A stretch of 64,000 nucleotides of DNA from an uncultured virus (IMG/VR IMGVR_UViG_3300014205_000203) (IMGVR_UViG_3300014205_000203); one strand, 5' to 3'. Shown: positions 6,805 to 17,030, counted from the first letter of the stretch. Program-made: numbers and translations. The notes: generated from the letters alone by a model not told the origin.

Positions 6805-6953
6805 AAACAACAATCGCACACTTTCAATCTGCCATCATTGGCTATGTACGTATGGGCGCTTCCATACTGGAAATCGTTAGTAACATTGGTATAGCTGCAT
6901 CTGATGTAGAGGCGGTTATTATCCAGAACAAACTGCCTGTTAAACCAAACTAA
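6801..6953 (+). CDS. Small hypothetical protein (50 aa, not in ORF track)
   Basis: ATGA overlap. MKTTIAHFQSAIIGYVRMGASILEIVSNIGIAASDVEAVIIQNKLPVKPN fills the gap exactly. Confidence 0.6.
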   Translation: MKTTIAHFQSAIIGYVRMGASILEIVSNIGIAASDVEAVIIQNKLPVKPN

Positions 6954-6964
6954 ATTTTAAAGCT

Positions 6965-7660
6965 ATGCAGGAACTTATAACAGTTACGATAATGTACCGC
7001 AATAATTATGATGGCGGTGATGGGTGGACTTACTACCCAATGAGAATACGAATAGGCAGTAAATGCCCTGTTTGTAATGGGCTACGTGGTAAACCATACG
7101 AGTATAGGTTTTGTGATGATGGCGAATGGTTTACAGTTGATAAATGGGATAACCCGTGTGGGCACCTTGACAAGTATGGAGATGTTTATAAAGAATCAAA
7201 AAAAATTACAGAAATGATCTACAACGAATTTAAGCCGCTAAATTTCCCCGATGGGGTTAAATCAGTACTAACAGCCGAACGCTATCAAGGAACGCCGGTT
7301 ATTGTCTATACCAATGGCATAGAGCAGCATGTTTACAACATGGAAGGTGAACGGCTGGCGCTGCTATCCAGTTTCAAAGGAATAGACTTTTTAAAGCTGT
7401 CTTCCTCGGGTAAATGGTTTGCTTATGCCGGTGTGTATTTGAAGACAAGGAATTTGGGTAAAATCGTTCTGAATGAGGCTGTAAAGTTTGTTATAACCGA
7501 TGTGCTGGTGTACGATGGCGAATGTGTCATTAATATGCCTGGGGAAATAAGGGTACAAACATACCTATCAAAAATGCAGTACCATCCTGCAGCCGGGAAA
7601 GCGGAGATTTACAATTTTGTATCAGGCACCCCGATAAGTGGTGTATTTATAAACGCATAA
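6965..7660 (+). CDS. Zn-ribbon-like domain fused to a degenerate ATP-dependent ligase-like domain
   Basis: N-terminal CPVC...CGH. The C-terminal half has AERYQG (cf. KxDG) and ITDVLVYDG (cf. ligase motif IIIa). Confidence 0.45.
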   Translation: MQELITVTIMYRNNYDGGDGWTYYPMRIRIGSKCPVCNGLRGKPYEYRFCDDGEWFTVDKWDNPCGHLDKYGDVYKESKKITEMIYNEFKPLNFPDGVKSVLTAERYQGTPVIVYTNGIEQHVYNMEGERLALLSSFKGIDFLKLSSSGKWFAYAGVYLKTRNLGKIVLNEAVKFVITDVLVYDGECVINMPGEIRVQTYLSKMQYHPAAGKAEIYNFVSGTPISGVFINA

Positions 7661-8343
7661 TGATAGTAACAATCAATACAGATGCCTCATGGCACCCAAA
7701 AGAAAACTATGCAGGATTTGCTTTCTGGATAGTTTGTGATCAGGGTAAGTTTTGCCATGCAGGTATTTTAAAGAAACGGGTTATGCGACCAGAGATCGCA
7801 GAATTTAAGTGCATCATTAATGCTATCTATGTGCTGGGTAAACTCAATTACTCTAACGTAAACAAGATCATTATAAACACAGATTGCCTTAATGTTATTC
7901 ACCTGATTAAGAAGGACAAGAAAGCCATTAATATGTATGGTCTTCATTGGGGTAAGCACCTGGTATTAGAATATGAAAGATTGCTTAAAATTCAGAAAAT
8001 ACCAAAGAACAGATTTGATTTCCGGCATGTAAAAGCCCATGAAGAAATAAGCACTGCAAGGCAATATGTAAATGACTGGTGCGATAAAGCAGCGAAGGAA
8101 CAAATGTGGAAGAAGGTTAACAGTACAAAAGCTATTGTAAAAAACTGGAATGATTTAAAAGATCAGTTTGGATATGAAAGAGCAAAGCTGCTGGCTATGT
8201 CTGTAAGTAATGGTATTACTTGCTGGCCTCCACCTGACCATTTGGAGTTTCCATGTAGCGACAATAGTGATGCTATTGCATTATTCAGCCTTGTGGAAAC
8301 AGATAAGAAAATAATTTACGAATACAGAGGAACAGCTAATTAA
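7660..8343 (+). CDS. RNase H-like (RNase HI fold) protein with C-terminal extension
   Basis: INTDAS, AEF, INTDC, RHVKAH and NDWCDKAA match the RNase HI acidic catalytic pattern. Confidence 0.85.
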   Translation: MIVTINTDASWHPKENYAGFAFWIVCDQGKFCHAGILKKRVMRPEIAEFKCIINAIYVLGKLNYSNVNKIIINTDCLNVIHLIKKDKKAINMYGLHWGKHLVLEYERLLKIQKIPKNRFDFRHVKAHEEISTARQYVNDWCDKAAKEQMWKKVNSTKAIVKNWNDLKDQFGYERAKLLAMSVSNGITCWPPPDHLEFPCSDNSDAIALFSLVETDKKIIYEYRGTAN

Positions 8344-8349
8344 ATAATT

Positions 8350-8670
8350 ATGCATCCAATTATATTAGACGGCAAAAAATATTATTACCATTTTCAAAAG
8401 CTATCCAGAAATAGCACTGACCCTATATTTGGAGAGTTTAGGATTAATTTTTATAGGAAAGTCATAGTTCCTAAATGGAAGTTCTGGTTTATAAAATCAT
8501 CAACGAAAATTGAAAACACTATTGATATGGGTTATGTTGATGGAACTTTTGAAATAGTAGGCGACTTCGATTCCATGTCAGAAATGAAGAAGCAACGAGA
8601 AATTGTAAGACCGTCATTAATAGGTTTTATTACTGAACACAACAAGCGAACAAACTCACTCACCAAATAA
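8350..8670 (+). CDS. Hypothetical protein
   Basis: 106 aa ORF in the operon. Confidence 0.6.
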   Translation: MHPIILDGKKYYYHFQKLSRNSTDPIFGEFRINFYRKVIVPKWKFWFIKSSTKIENTIDMGYVDGTFEIVGDFDSMSEMKKQREIVRPSLIGFITEHNKRTNSLTK

Positions 8671-8677
8671 AAAAACA

Positions 8678-9115
8678 ATGAAAAAAGTAACAGTATTTGA
8701 CAACAAGACACTTGCAGTAATCGGCAGATTATTACAATCAAAAGCCGCCCACATTGCAAAATCTCATAAAAGAATGTTTTTGGAAAGTGGATATATCCTC
8801 TTTGCTCCTTTCTACATGAGAGATAAACTATTCGCCCAGGTAAAGCCGGGAGAACGTCATTTAAAATTGATTGAAGAACCCACTATGTACCCACAGGTAT
8901 TTATAACGGGTGAATTGCCAACCAATTACCCTGCAGAATTTTACAAAGCTGCGTTAACTGCCGATGCATTGGCTGGCTGGGGTGCTTGTATGGCTGGTAT
9001 TCCAATGCCTGAAAAATTCGGCTGGGGAATGATGATGATAGGCACTGTATTGGGCATTACTATGACCCCGGACAGTGTATCAGAATACGCAAAACAATTT
9101 TTACCACAATCATAA
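8678..9115 (+). CDS. Hypothetical protein
   Basis: 145 aa ORF in the operon. Confidence 0.65.
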   Translation: MKKVTVFDNKTLAVIGRLLQSKAAHIAKSHKRMFLESGYILFAPFYMRDKLFAQVKPGERHLKLIEEPTMYPQVFITGELPTNYPAEFYKAALTADALAGWGACMAGIPMPEKFGWGMMMIGTVLGITMTPDSVSEYAKQFLPQS

Positions 9116-9139
9116 TTAAAAACTAAAAAATCAAATTTT

Positions 9140-9463
9140 ATGAGTACAGCAACACAACCAAAATTACCATCAGATTTTACAATAGCCCCGTGGAACTCGG
9201 TGCTACAAAAATCAGAAGCAGAAACCATAGCGGCAAACATTATGGTTATCCTGAAAAGAACCGGCAACCAGTGGAGAACCTTAACCTGGGATGAATACAA
9301 GGAAGAAAGGCTAAAGGATGCAAAAACTGACAGGAGCCATTTCACCGAAGGCGAAAAGTTTTATTTTGATCTGTGTATTCCCTATTGCTTAACTGCCGAA
9401 ACCGCTGCTTTATTTGCGCCAGACTGGAAAAAAATTGCTAACGGTGAACCCATTGACTGCTAA
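9140..9463 (+). CDS. Hypothetical protein
   Basis: 107 aa ORF with an A-rich leader. Confidence 0.7.
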   Translation: MSTATQPKLPSDFTIAPWNSVLQKSEAETIAANIMVILKRTGNQWRTLTWDEYKEERLKDAKTDRSHFTEGEKFYFDLCIPYCLTAETAALFAPDWKKIANGEPIDC

Positions 9464-9466
9464 CCT

Positions 9467-10186
9467 ATGAACACACTATTTCACAGGGGAGAAGACCCCA
9501 AAGATGAATGGTTAACACCTCCAAAGATTAAAGAACCTTTGGGGGTGTTCGACCTTGACCCGTGCGCTCCGGTTAACCGTCCGTGGGACACAGCCAAAAA
9601 ACACTATACCATCGAAGATAACGGGCTAATACAGCCGTGGGAAGGTAGAGTGTGGATGAATCCCCCATATTCAAATATGGAGCCGTGGATGAAGCTATTA
9701 GCAGAGCATGGAAACGGGTTTGCCCTGACCTTTGCCCGGACAGAAACCGCATGGTTTGAACGCTGGGGATGGGGTAAAGCTGATAGTATGTTTTTCTTCT
9801 TTGGTCGTCTTACCTTCTATGAACTGCCAAAAGTAACCACAGGATCTTTGTTTGGTGCAGACGGACGGGTGCCGGTTAAGGGAAAAGGAAATGCCGGGGC
9901 TCCATCCGTCCTGATCGCTTACGGTAAGAATAACGTAGAAGCGTTACACGAATACAAGATACCAGGTAAGCACGTACAGCTTACATATACTCCCATCATT
10001 GTAGTAGGCATATCTCCAAAATGGATATCAGTAGTAACCATTGCTGTAAAACAATTCGGGGATGATGAATTACAACCAGTGTATGATATGGTTGAAAGGA
10101 TTGCGCCGGACAAGGTGGCTAAAAACCAGCACTGGAAAGCAAAGGTTAGACAACAAATTCAGTTAATCAGAAAACAAAAGGTATGA
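9467..10186 (+). CDS. Phage Dam-like DNA N6-adenine methyltransferase
   Basis: DEWLTP, FDLDPCA, VWMNPPY, ARTETAWF and GRLTF motifs. Confidence 0.9.
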   Translation: MNTLFHRGEDPKDEWLTPPKIKEPLGVFDLDPCAPVNRPWDTAKKHYTIEDNGLIQPWEGRVWMNPPYSNMEPWMKLLAEHGNGFALTFARTETAWFERWGWGKADSMFFFFGRLTFYELPKVTTGSLFGADGRVPVKGKGNAGAPSVLIAYGKNNVEALHEYKIPGKHVQLTYTPIIVVGISPKWISVVTIAVKQFGDDELQPVYDMVERIAPDKVAKNQHWKAKVRQQIQLIRKQKV

Positions 10187-10662
10187 TACGAACTCCTTAC
10201 ATGCAGCAGATAATGAACGATACCTACAATCAGGTTGCCATTATCGCAATTAAAAACGGCACTATTGAAGGTGCCTGGGAAGAAGCAGTTGCAGCAAGAT
10301 TAATGCTCGACTTTAATCACGGTGTTTCAGAAGCAGAGGTAATTCTGCAATTTGCAGACAATGATGAAAAGAAGGCCGCAGACCTTATTATCACATCATC
10401 ACTTCCAGAAGTGCCGGAGATATTCAATATTGAATTTCAGTATCAGGAATATTTAAAGCGTGTGGCATTGTCCGAAGAACACATGCACCAGCAGCAGAAA
10501 AAACAACTCCGGGAAACATTCTTTGGTGCCGTTGGCTGTGTGCTTATCCTCCTGCGTAATGAAACACAGAAACTATCGGAAGAAGATTCTATCAAAGCAT
10601 TCCAGTCTATGCTTGACCAGGTAGGGGAATTTTTTCTTAAAAAATCAGATCAACAAAATTAA
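10183..10662 (+). CDS. Hypothetical protein
   Basis: 159 aa ORF with an ATGA overlap. Confidence 0.65.
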   Translation: MIRTPYMQQIMNDTYNQVAIIAIKNGTIEGAWEEAVAARLMLDFNHGVSEAEVILQFADNDEKKAADLIITSSLPEVPEIFNIEFQYQEYLKRVALSEEHMHQQQKKQLRETFFGAVGCVLILLRNETQKLSEEDSIKAFQSMLDQVGEFFLKKSDQQN

Positions 10663-10663
10663 T

Positions 10664-10879
10664 ATGGGATATTTTGTAGCAAAACAAGGGCCTGACAAAT
10701 ACACAAAACGTAAAGCATCTAAGGATTGCTGGTGTCTTTGTTGCGAAGAACCTATTAAAAAAGGGGAAGAACGATATGTAGAATCGCATAGGCTAAATTT
10801 ATGTTGCCTGTGTTTTGATCAATGGGACGGGATGCCGCACGGAACAGCTTTAGGTAATATACCAAGATGTAAGAGATAA
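10664..10879 (+). CDS. Small Cys-rich (Zn-finger-like) protein
   Basis: CLCCEEPIKKGE...CCLC. Confidence 0.6.
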   Translation: MGYFVAKQGPDKYTKRKASKDCWCLCCEEPIKKGEERYVESHRLNLCCLCFDQWDGMPHGTALGNIPRCKR

Positions 10880-10890
10880 AATACTACAGT

Positions 10891-11124
10891 ATGAAAAAAC
10901 TCTATAAAACTAAAAGGAAGGGGACTATTTTAACGAACCTGCAGAAGCCGTTAGCTTCGCACCAAACTAAGATCTGTTCAGTAAAACTTGTCTGCGGAGG
11001 CATACCTCTCCCAAATAACCGGAGCCACTTCTATGCTAACTGTTCTGCCTGTATTGCTTGTACAGCTGAAAAATCAAAAAAGAAGTGGGAGGAAAAGAAA
11101 AAAAGCAAAGAGATTTATTTATAA
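10891..11124 (+). CDS. Small basic Cys-containing protein
   Basis: CxxxxxC...CxxCxxC; Lys-rich. Confidence 0.5.
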   Translation: MKKLYKTKRKGTILTNLQKPLASHQTKICSVKLVCGGIPLPNNRSHFYANCSACIACTAEKSKKKWEEKKKSKEIYL

Positions 11125-11141
11125 CTATAAAAGCTACCATT

Positions 11142-11528
11142 ATGAGATTATTTAAAAAATTCAGCAGCTTCAATCTTAGCCATTATATCCTTGTATCAAT
11201 AACTTTTCGTGGCTGGTGTTACCTTGAAGAAAATGAACGGGAAAATTTGATCACTGCAATAATGAATAGTAAAGTAATTGTTGACGGTAAAGCATATTAC
11301 AAATTACAGGCTGGCCTTGTTATGCAGATATTTGGAGCCCAGTCCTCCGGTTCACACCAGTTAATAGAAACAAATATCCTGATTCCAAAGGGCACCCAAA
11401 GTGAACTGAAAATATACAGGAGGAAAGTTAGAAACCAAAAGCTAAAGGTTATTGCGACCTGGGTAGGAATTTATGTAGTAAGTGTAGTGGTTCTTTACTA
11501 CCTAATATCAAAATACACCGGATTATAG
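11142..11528 (+). CDS. Hypothetical membrane-anchored protein
   Basis: ATG 11142 and a C-terminal hydrophobic helix. Confidence 0.55.
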   Translation: MRLFKKFSSFNLSHYILVSITFRGWCYLEENERENLITAIMNSKVIVDGKAYYKLQAGLVMQIFGAQSSGSHQLIETNILIPKGTQSELKIYRRKVRNQKLKVIATWVGIYVVSVVVLYYLISKYTGL

Positions 11529-11529
11529 A

Positions 11530-11766
11530 TTATTGTACTGCACGGCGCATCCATCCCAGTAAAAACTTTCGCTGGGATGGATTACGGGCTATTATAGCCA
11601 AATAATATTTCACCTTCTCTACTTTGTAATTAGCTAAGAATAGTTTTGAATAAAGGCTATCGTTTGTCTTTTTAAGCTGGGCGCAATATGCACTATCAAC
11701 CTTAACCTGGGCAGATGATTGCTGGCTCAATAGCAAGGGGAATAATATTAACAGTAAGTACCTCAT
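11530..11766 (-). CDS. Secreted coiled-coil protein of the lysis module (possible spanin-like)
   Basis: Signal peptide MRYLLLILFPLLLSQQSSAQ; overlaps the endolysin stop. Confidence 0.5.
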   Translation of the reverse strand: MRYLLLILFPLLLSQQSSAQVKVDSAYCAQLKKTNDSLYSKLFLANYKVEKVKYYLAIIARNPSQRKFLLGWMRRAVQ

Positions 11767-12158
11767 TTGTTGTTAAGTTTATTTATAAATGAATTGCTGG
11801 CTGTTCCTGTTTCTTCAATGCTTAATGATCTCTGTGCAAGTTTTACAGCTTGTTTTACTCCATAATTTACAGCACTATCATAGAGGGAATCGGCAATTTC
11901 CTGATTGGTAATTTCATCCCCCCTGATCTTATTCCAGAATGTGTTTACATAAAAGGTATGTACCATTTCTTCCAGTTCTGGAAATATTGTACCGTGGGCT
12001 ATTGGCTTTTTCTTATCAATGATTTTCCAACCTTCCCAATTAGGAAAATTAACCCGGCTGATACCTTTGTATGTTTCACCCCCGAGATCGCCAGCTACGT
12101 GGTTCCAGCCACCCTCATTAACTGCCGTCTTTTTATGTGCTAATAAAAACTTTGCCAT
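11763..12158 (-). CDS. Endolysin, glycoside hydrolase family 108-like
   Basis: NEGGW...DLGGETYKGIS catalytic signature, and LYDSAVNYG...AVKLAQ. Confidence 0.88.
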   Translation of the reverse strand: MAKFLLAHKKTAVNEGGWNHVAGDLGGETYKGISRVNFPNWEGWKIIDKKKPIAHGTIFPELEEMVHTFYVNTFWNKIRGDEITNQEIADSLYDSAVNYGVKQAVKLAQRSLSIEETGTASNSFINKLNNK

Positions 12159-12168
12159 GTTTTAAATT

Positions 12169-12615
12169 TTACGCAGCCATTACATCACTGCCGGCCGTCA
12201 GCTTGCGGTTAAAATAATCTGCCTGGGCTGCAGTATCGTAAACAAATTGTTTGTACCGGTTGCCATCTATTACTACAGTTAAGGCAGTTTTTAAAGCCAG
12301 CATGTATTTGTTGCGCTCTTTTTCATCCATTAGGTTAAGCGCACCTAACATACAATTTGCTTTGTCGATCGGGTCCTTAAATTTTTTACAGTTAACCACT
12401 TTATTGGTAGCGGCCAGCGAGTCAATGATAACATTAACTACTTTTTCTTTGTCCTTACCTGGTATCACGTCATAGATTAACTGGAAGCTGGGATCTCCAA
12501 TTATTTTGGCAACTTCGGTAGTTACAGTGTGAGCAACGTCCAATGCTTTAGTTAAGGCATTATCCAGTATAGATAACCCTTTTTTTACTGTCTTATTGAA
12601 ATTTTTACAAGCCAT
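12169..12615 (-). CDS. Hypothetical protein in the lysis cluster
   Basis: 148 aa ORF between the holin-like genes and the endolysin. Confidence 0.7.
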   Translation of the reverse strand: MACKNFNKTVKKGLSILDNALTKALDVAHTVTTEVAKIIGDPSFQLIYDVIPGKDKEKVVNVIIDSLAATNKVVNCKKFKDPIDKANCMLGALNLMDEKERNKYMLALKTALTVVIDGNRYKQFVYDTAAQADYFNRKLTAGSDVMAA

Positions 12616-12641
12616 ACAATTTGGTTTTAAATATTAAAATT

Positions 12642-12995
12642 CTACTGCTTATTGTCGGCAGCAGGTTCGGTTTTAGTTATTTTAGTTTCAGTTGTTTCAG
12701 TTATACTATCATCGTTTTTTTCTGTTGTTTTCTTCATGGTCAATGTTTCTTCCGTCACATCAACTTTAGCAGCTTTAGCAACCGCAGCAGCAATGATACC
12801 ACCAACAATTAAATATTTGCACATGGTATTAGCCCACGGATATAACACCCAGGTAAAGCCGGGAATGATCGCAGCACCAATAGTACCTGCCATCATATTG
12901 GCAGCAGCACCGGCAGCTACAATTAAACTGAACTTGAATATTCTTTTAAAGAATAATGGTGTAGGTGCTTTCCATCTTGATATTAAATTGCTCAT
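12642..12995 (-). CDS. Putative holin
   Basis: RWKAPTPLFFK N-terminus, two hydrophobic helices, charged tail, upstream of the endolysin. Confidence 0.65.
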   Translation of the reverse strand: MSNLISRWKAPTPLFFKRIFKFSLIVAAGAAANMMAGTIGAAIIPGFTWVLYPWANTMCKYLIVGGIIAAAVAKAAKVDVTEETLTMKKTTEKNDDSITETTETKITKTEPAADNKQ

Positions 12996-13273
12996 GGCTT
13001 CTTTTTTCTGGTTAATTTTCTTTTAAGATACGGGTATATGGCTTTATGGTCCCCGGCCTTAATTCTTTTTTTTACATACAAAAGAAATTCCTTCCCGGCT
13101 ACACCTGCAGCACCATAAACGAAAGCGATAAACACCCCCTTCAATATAATGAATACACTTAGGATTTCATTTGCATGAATAGCATAATCCAATAAGCCAC
13201 CCAAAATACCACATACGAATCCTACCGCTGTGTTAACGCCATTTGTTCCGTCGAGTTGTATCACCTTGTTCAA
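12992..13273 (-). CDS. Putative holin/antiholin-like membrane protein
   Basis: Two TM segments and a basic C-terminus. The TTG start is uncertain. Confidence 0.5.
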   Translation of the reverse strand: MNKVIQLDGTNGVNTAVGFVCGILGGLLDYAIHANEILSVFIILKGVFIAFVYGAAGVAGKEFLLYVKKRIKAGDHKAIYPYLKRKLTRKKKP

Positions 13274-13284
13274 TTTGAGTGGTT

Positions 13285-14076
13285 TTAGTTTGTTGCTTTA
13301 GCCATCTGAAGTAATTGCGTATTGCCCGTAAATTTAGCATACTTCTCTTGAAGTTTTCCCAAAAAGTATGGTATCATAGTTTCCGGCCATTCCAATTGTG
13401 TGCTTGCTGCTTGATTATAAATTAAATAATCCCCAGCGCCCGTTTGCGGATTACCTGGTGCAATAGTGTACGCAAATTTTGCTTTCTTTGGTTTTTGGTA
13501 ATAATCCAAAACAATTACACTAACTGATCTCGGTGCCACCTTGTAACCTTCTTTATACTGGGTAAGTTTTGGAGCCTCAAAAGTTGGGCATTTGGTTTCA
13601 TGTTCCAAACAAGCTGACCATTTGCTACTTTCCACTTTTGTTATTGTAGCTTCAAATATCCCGGCTTTGTATCTATCAACCCTTTGCAATTTTTCAAGTT
13701 CAGTTTCATTACCATCACACTTTTTACCGTCTTTAAAAATGGCGTGTCCTTCTTCACACATACATTCTTCTTTATGCTGCAATGACCGGGCCGCTTTCCA
13801 TGCTCCATAAGGAGGATAAAGAGGGGCATCAGGATATATTGCCAATCCCCAGTTGCCGGATTGTGGAGTAACAATGATGTTGACTGTATTAGCGAATGGA
13901 GCCAACCAGTCATCGATCTGCTGTGTCTTTTCATCCTGCCCTACAAAATCGTTAAACGCTTTCAGACTGATAGTGTTTACATCTTTTTCAAAATCCCTTT
14001 CAGGGCGAAACATTCCACCCTGAAAAGTATTATTGTCGGCACAGAACCGTTCCCATAAATCAAACATATCTATCAT
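13285..14076 (-). CDS. Putative head-tail adaptor / ring protein
   Basis: LDYYQKP...AY...STQLEWPE resembles crAss-like ring/tail tubular proteins; position in the virion module. Confidence 0.55.
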   Translation of the reverse strand: MIDMFDLWERFCADNNTFQGGMFRPERDFEKDVNTISLKAFNDFVGQDEKTQQIDDWLAPFANTVNIIVTPQSGNWGLAIYPDAPLYPPYGAWKAARSLQHKEECMCEEGHAIFKDGKKCDGNETELEKLQRVDRYKAGIFEATITKVESSKWSACLEHETKCPTFEAPKLTQYKEGYKVAPRSVSVIVLDYYQKPKKAKFAYTIAPGNPQTGAGDYLIYNQAASTQLEWPETMIPYFLGKLQEKYAKFTGNTQLLQMAKATN

Positions 14077-17018
14077 GGTGAAGTATCTAAGATTACAATT
14101 TGTATTCCATTACCGCCGCTTACAACTACATTTTCAAAAATATTAGACCCGTTGATTGGGTATGTCGCTGCATCAGTTACCGCATACGCAGTCCATCCAG
14201 TGCCGGTTGACAGGCTAACCAAACTTATCTGCGGATATGTACCGTCTGCAAGGTAGAACGATGCTACTCCTGCAGGTGGCAGTAAAGTTGTATTTGATAC
14301 TACATTACTTCCTTCACTTTCATCATACACAGTAACAAGAATACCCGCTAATGTTAGACTTGAATTATTGGTAACTGTTGAATTGTTACCTGGTTCAACA
14401 TCAAAAATAGATGGTGCCGATACCGGACCGTACCATTCAGTAGTTTCATTGCACACAGATTGAATTGTAACGCTGAATGTACCTGTTACTCCTTCTGGTG
14501 GTGCTATTGAAACAGGAGAAGCGCCAGCAGTATAAACCTGCAAGAACTGACCTCCATTCGGGAATTGTACTCTTATCCTTACTTTTTCAGAAGTGGCAGC
14601 ATAAGTAACAACAATATTGGTTCCGTTAAATGTAGCTGACATTGAAGTTATAGAACCACATGCATCGGTTGTTTTTTGTACCTCACCACACAAACGTCCA
14701 TCAGCATATACCGGCGTTATTCCAACAACATACTGACCTTCATCCAGATTAGAAATGTAGTAAGGAGTGGCACCGATCGGTACTGTTGCAGGTTCACTCC
14801 AATTCAATTCGCCTCCCTGATCTATTCTTGCATACCTTATCTTACTTGATACAGCTTCGGGATGCTCAAACTGAACCATGATGGCCATTAAGTTTGAAGA
14901 AGGAGAATCCAGCACGGCGCTCACCAGGAACAAATTGTAAGGTTGGCAGATATTGCCACCCCCACACATTTGCACAAGTGTACAGAACGCAGTAACAAAA
15001 TCCTGATTATAGGCACCCAGTTGTAATTGCCTCAACCCGAGTTCAACCGGGCCAATTCTTGCACAAGTACCCTGTTTAGTTCCCATTAGCCAATCATTTG
15101 CTCCCATCAGTGCTACACTGGGGGTAAATAATGACTGTATAGATGCACAGTTTACCGATTTAAGGCTCATAATAAAGTCAATGGTATTACAACCACGGGC
15201 AATAAGAGCAGCAAAAAATGTAGGCAATGTTGAGGCTATAGGAATAACTTCTGTTTTCTTTGTATTGGTAGTAGGGTCCACATAGCAAATAGTATATTCT
15301 TCGCTGGTATAAACCTTTTCGGCACCAAGTGGACACAGCCAGTCAATTATAGCCTGTACAATTTCGCTTGCACTTAATGGTGCAAACCCTGTACAATCTT
15401 CAGTAAATACAGCTTTTTTTCTTTGATCGAGCGAAGTAGCAGTATATAGCAACCCGGTTAAAGAGAAAGTATTTGTAGCGAAAGTTATTCTTACAGAACC
15501 ACCACCAAGATCCGTTACAACTGCCGTTCCTATTCCAAGCGTATTTAAGTGGGCTTCTAAAGCTGCCAAAGTAGAGCCATTAAATGAAAAATTAATAGTG
15601 GGTCTATTGTTGGAACTAACGGAAGAAGCTATTGCAATAAGTATTGCATTTGTTGTGTTGGCAGGAATCCCAGCCATTGTAAAACCATAATCACAAGCGC
15701 CACTATTAAAGATACATTTCCCATCTACTATTATTGTTCCACCACTTCCACCACACTTTTCCGATAGTTGACAAAAAAGGTTTTGTAAAGAGGCGCTGGC
15801 TGCAGTAGCCTGATAAATATCTTCGGCCAGATCATCAATATTTACGCTAAGGCTTATGGTGTTATTTGTTGCACCAACGGCAGTTAGTAATTGTATCGGG
15901 CCGCTTCCCTGGGTGAAAGTGTATGACTTGTCCTTTATATTTAAAAGGACATTGCCATCAGTAACCGAAAAAGAAGCTACAACATTACCGCCGCCATTAT
16001 TTACCGAAAATATAAATGGAGGTATAGCAGTACCGGCAGTTCCAATACCAGAAGAACCTACATTGCAATCACAGGAGAAATTGCCAATCGCTTTAATTTC
16101 TTCCACCAGTTTTGCAACATCAATACCGCATGACGGGTATTGCTTACCAATAAATGCACGTAATAATTTTGGAGTAATCTTATCCAGTTTCCTTTGCGCT
16201 TCAGCAACATTGGAACAGTTGCCGGTTTCAATACTGGATTCCAGCGCAGCTATTTCACAGGCAATCGGGCAAAGATCAATATTGCATGTTGTTGCAAATG
16301 CTAATTGTGCTGTGTACCTGATATCAATAAAAACATTGTCGCCCAGGTCATAGCGCCAGATGGAATAATAAGTGGCTTCGTGTTCTCCATTTAAGAAGAA
16401 CGGCACTAAAGCATCAGCAACAAATGTTGTAAGTATATATGGGTCTGGTAAGGTGCCGGTAGCATCCCGTGGATAGTCAACGGCCAGATAAGAAGATTGG
16501 TTAACCCCTTCTTTACCCTGATATAGTTTTGAGCCTCCATCCTGAATGTAAAGAGAAGATCTTTCGCAAAGAGTTTCAACAATAAATTCTTTATTGGTCA
16601 GATGGCCGAAGGTGTCCTGATATTTCCTGCTGCTCCCGGCTGGGGGGCATATTTCTTTATTCTTGTTTAAAAGAAAAATATTATCATCAGTATCTTTCAC
16701 CTGGAACTCTACACGATATTCGCTCCACTCTATTTGATTGTAAGGACGGGGCCATCCTGCTGTTATCTGTGCTGTGGTCCAGTTACCTTGTCCGGCAGGT
16801 TTCCACGGCGTAGTAAAATCGCTTTGAAATATTGGTGTGCCGGTTGGAGAAAAAATATTAAGCACCCATATCAAGGCTGAAAGATCAGGAATTGGAGAAA
16901 CATTTGGGTTGGCTGTTGTTTGATTGGTAAGGTTGATCACAGGATTTATACCTGTCAAATCAAACCGAACTTCAACCTCTAAGGTTCCTATATCTGGACT
17001 GGTTGTAATTACTGGCAC
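14073..17018 (-). CDS. Large Cys-rich virion protein with C-terminal FN3/Ig-like modules
   Basis: 981 aa. YYISNLDEGQYVVGITPVY is FN3-like, and Cys residues are frequent. Confidence 0.55.
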   Translation of the reverse strand: MPVITTSPDIGTLEVEVRFDLTGINPVINLTNQTTANPNVSPIPDLSALIWVLNIFSPTGTPIFQSDFTTPWKPAGQGNWTTAQITAGWPRPYNQIEWSEYRVEFQVKDTDDNIFLLNKNKEICPPAGSSRKYQDTFGHLTNKEFIVETLCERSSLYIQDGGSKLYQGKEGVNQSSYLAVDYPRDATGTLPDPYILTTFVADALVPFFLNGEHEATYYSIWRYDLGDNVFIDIRYTAQLAFATTCNIDLCPIACEIAALESSIETGNCSNVAEAQRKLDKITPKLLRAFIGKQYPSCGIDVAKLVEEIKAIGNFSCDCNVGSSGIGTAGTAIPPFIFSVNNGGGNVVASFSVTDGNVLLNIKDKSYTFTQGSGPIQLLTAVGATNNTISLSVNIDDLAEDIYQATAASASLQNLFCQLSEKCGGSGGTIIVDGKCIFNSGACDYGFTMAGIPANTTNAILIAIASSVSSNNRPTINFSFNGSTLAALEAHLNTLGIGTAVVTDLGGGSVRITFATNTFSLTGLLYTATSLDQRKKAVFTEDCTGFAPLSASEIVQAIIDWLCPLGAEKVYTSEEYTICYVDPTTNTKKTEVIPIASTLPTFFAALIARGCNTIDFIMSLKSVNCASIQSLFTPSVALMGANDWLMGTKQGTCARIGPVELGLRQLQLGAYNQDFVTAFCTLVQMCGGGNICQPYNLFLVSAVLDSPSSNLMAIMVQFEHPEAVSSKIRYARIDQGGELNWSEPATVPIGATPYYISNLDEGQYVVGITPVYADGRLCGEVQKTTDACGSITSMSATFNGTNIVVTYAATSEKVRIRVQFPNGGQFLQVYTAGASPVSIAPPEGVTGTFSVTIQSVCNETTEWYGPVSAPSIFDVEPGNNSTVTNNSSLTLAGILVTVYDESEGSNVVSNTTLLPPAGVASFYLADGTYPQISLVSLSTGTGWTAYAVTDAATYPINGSNIFENVVVSGGNGIQIVILDTSP

Positions 17019-17030
17019 TTTGTATAGTTT

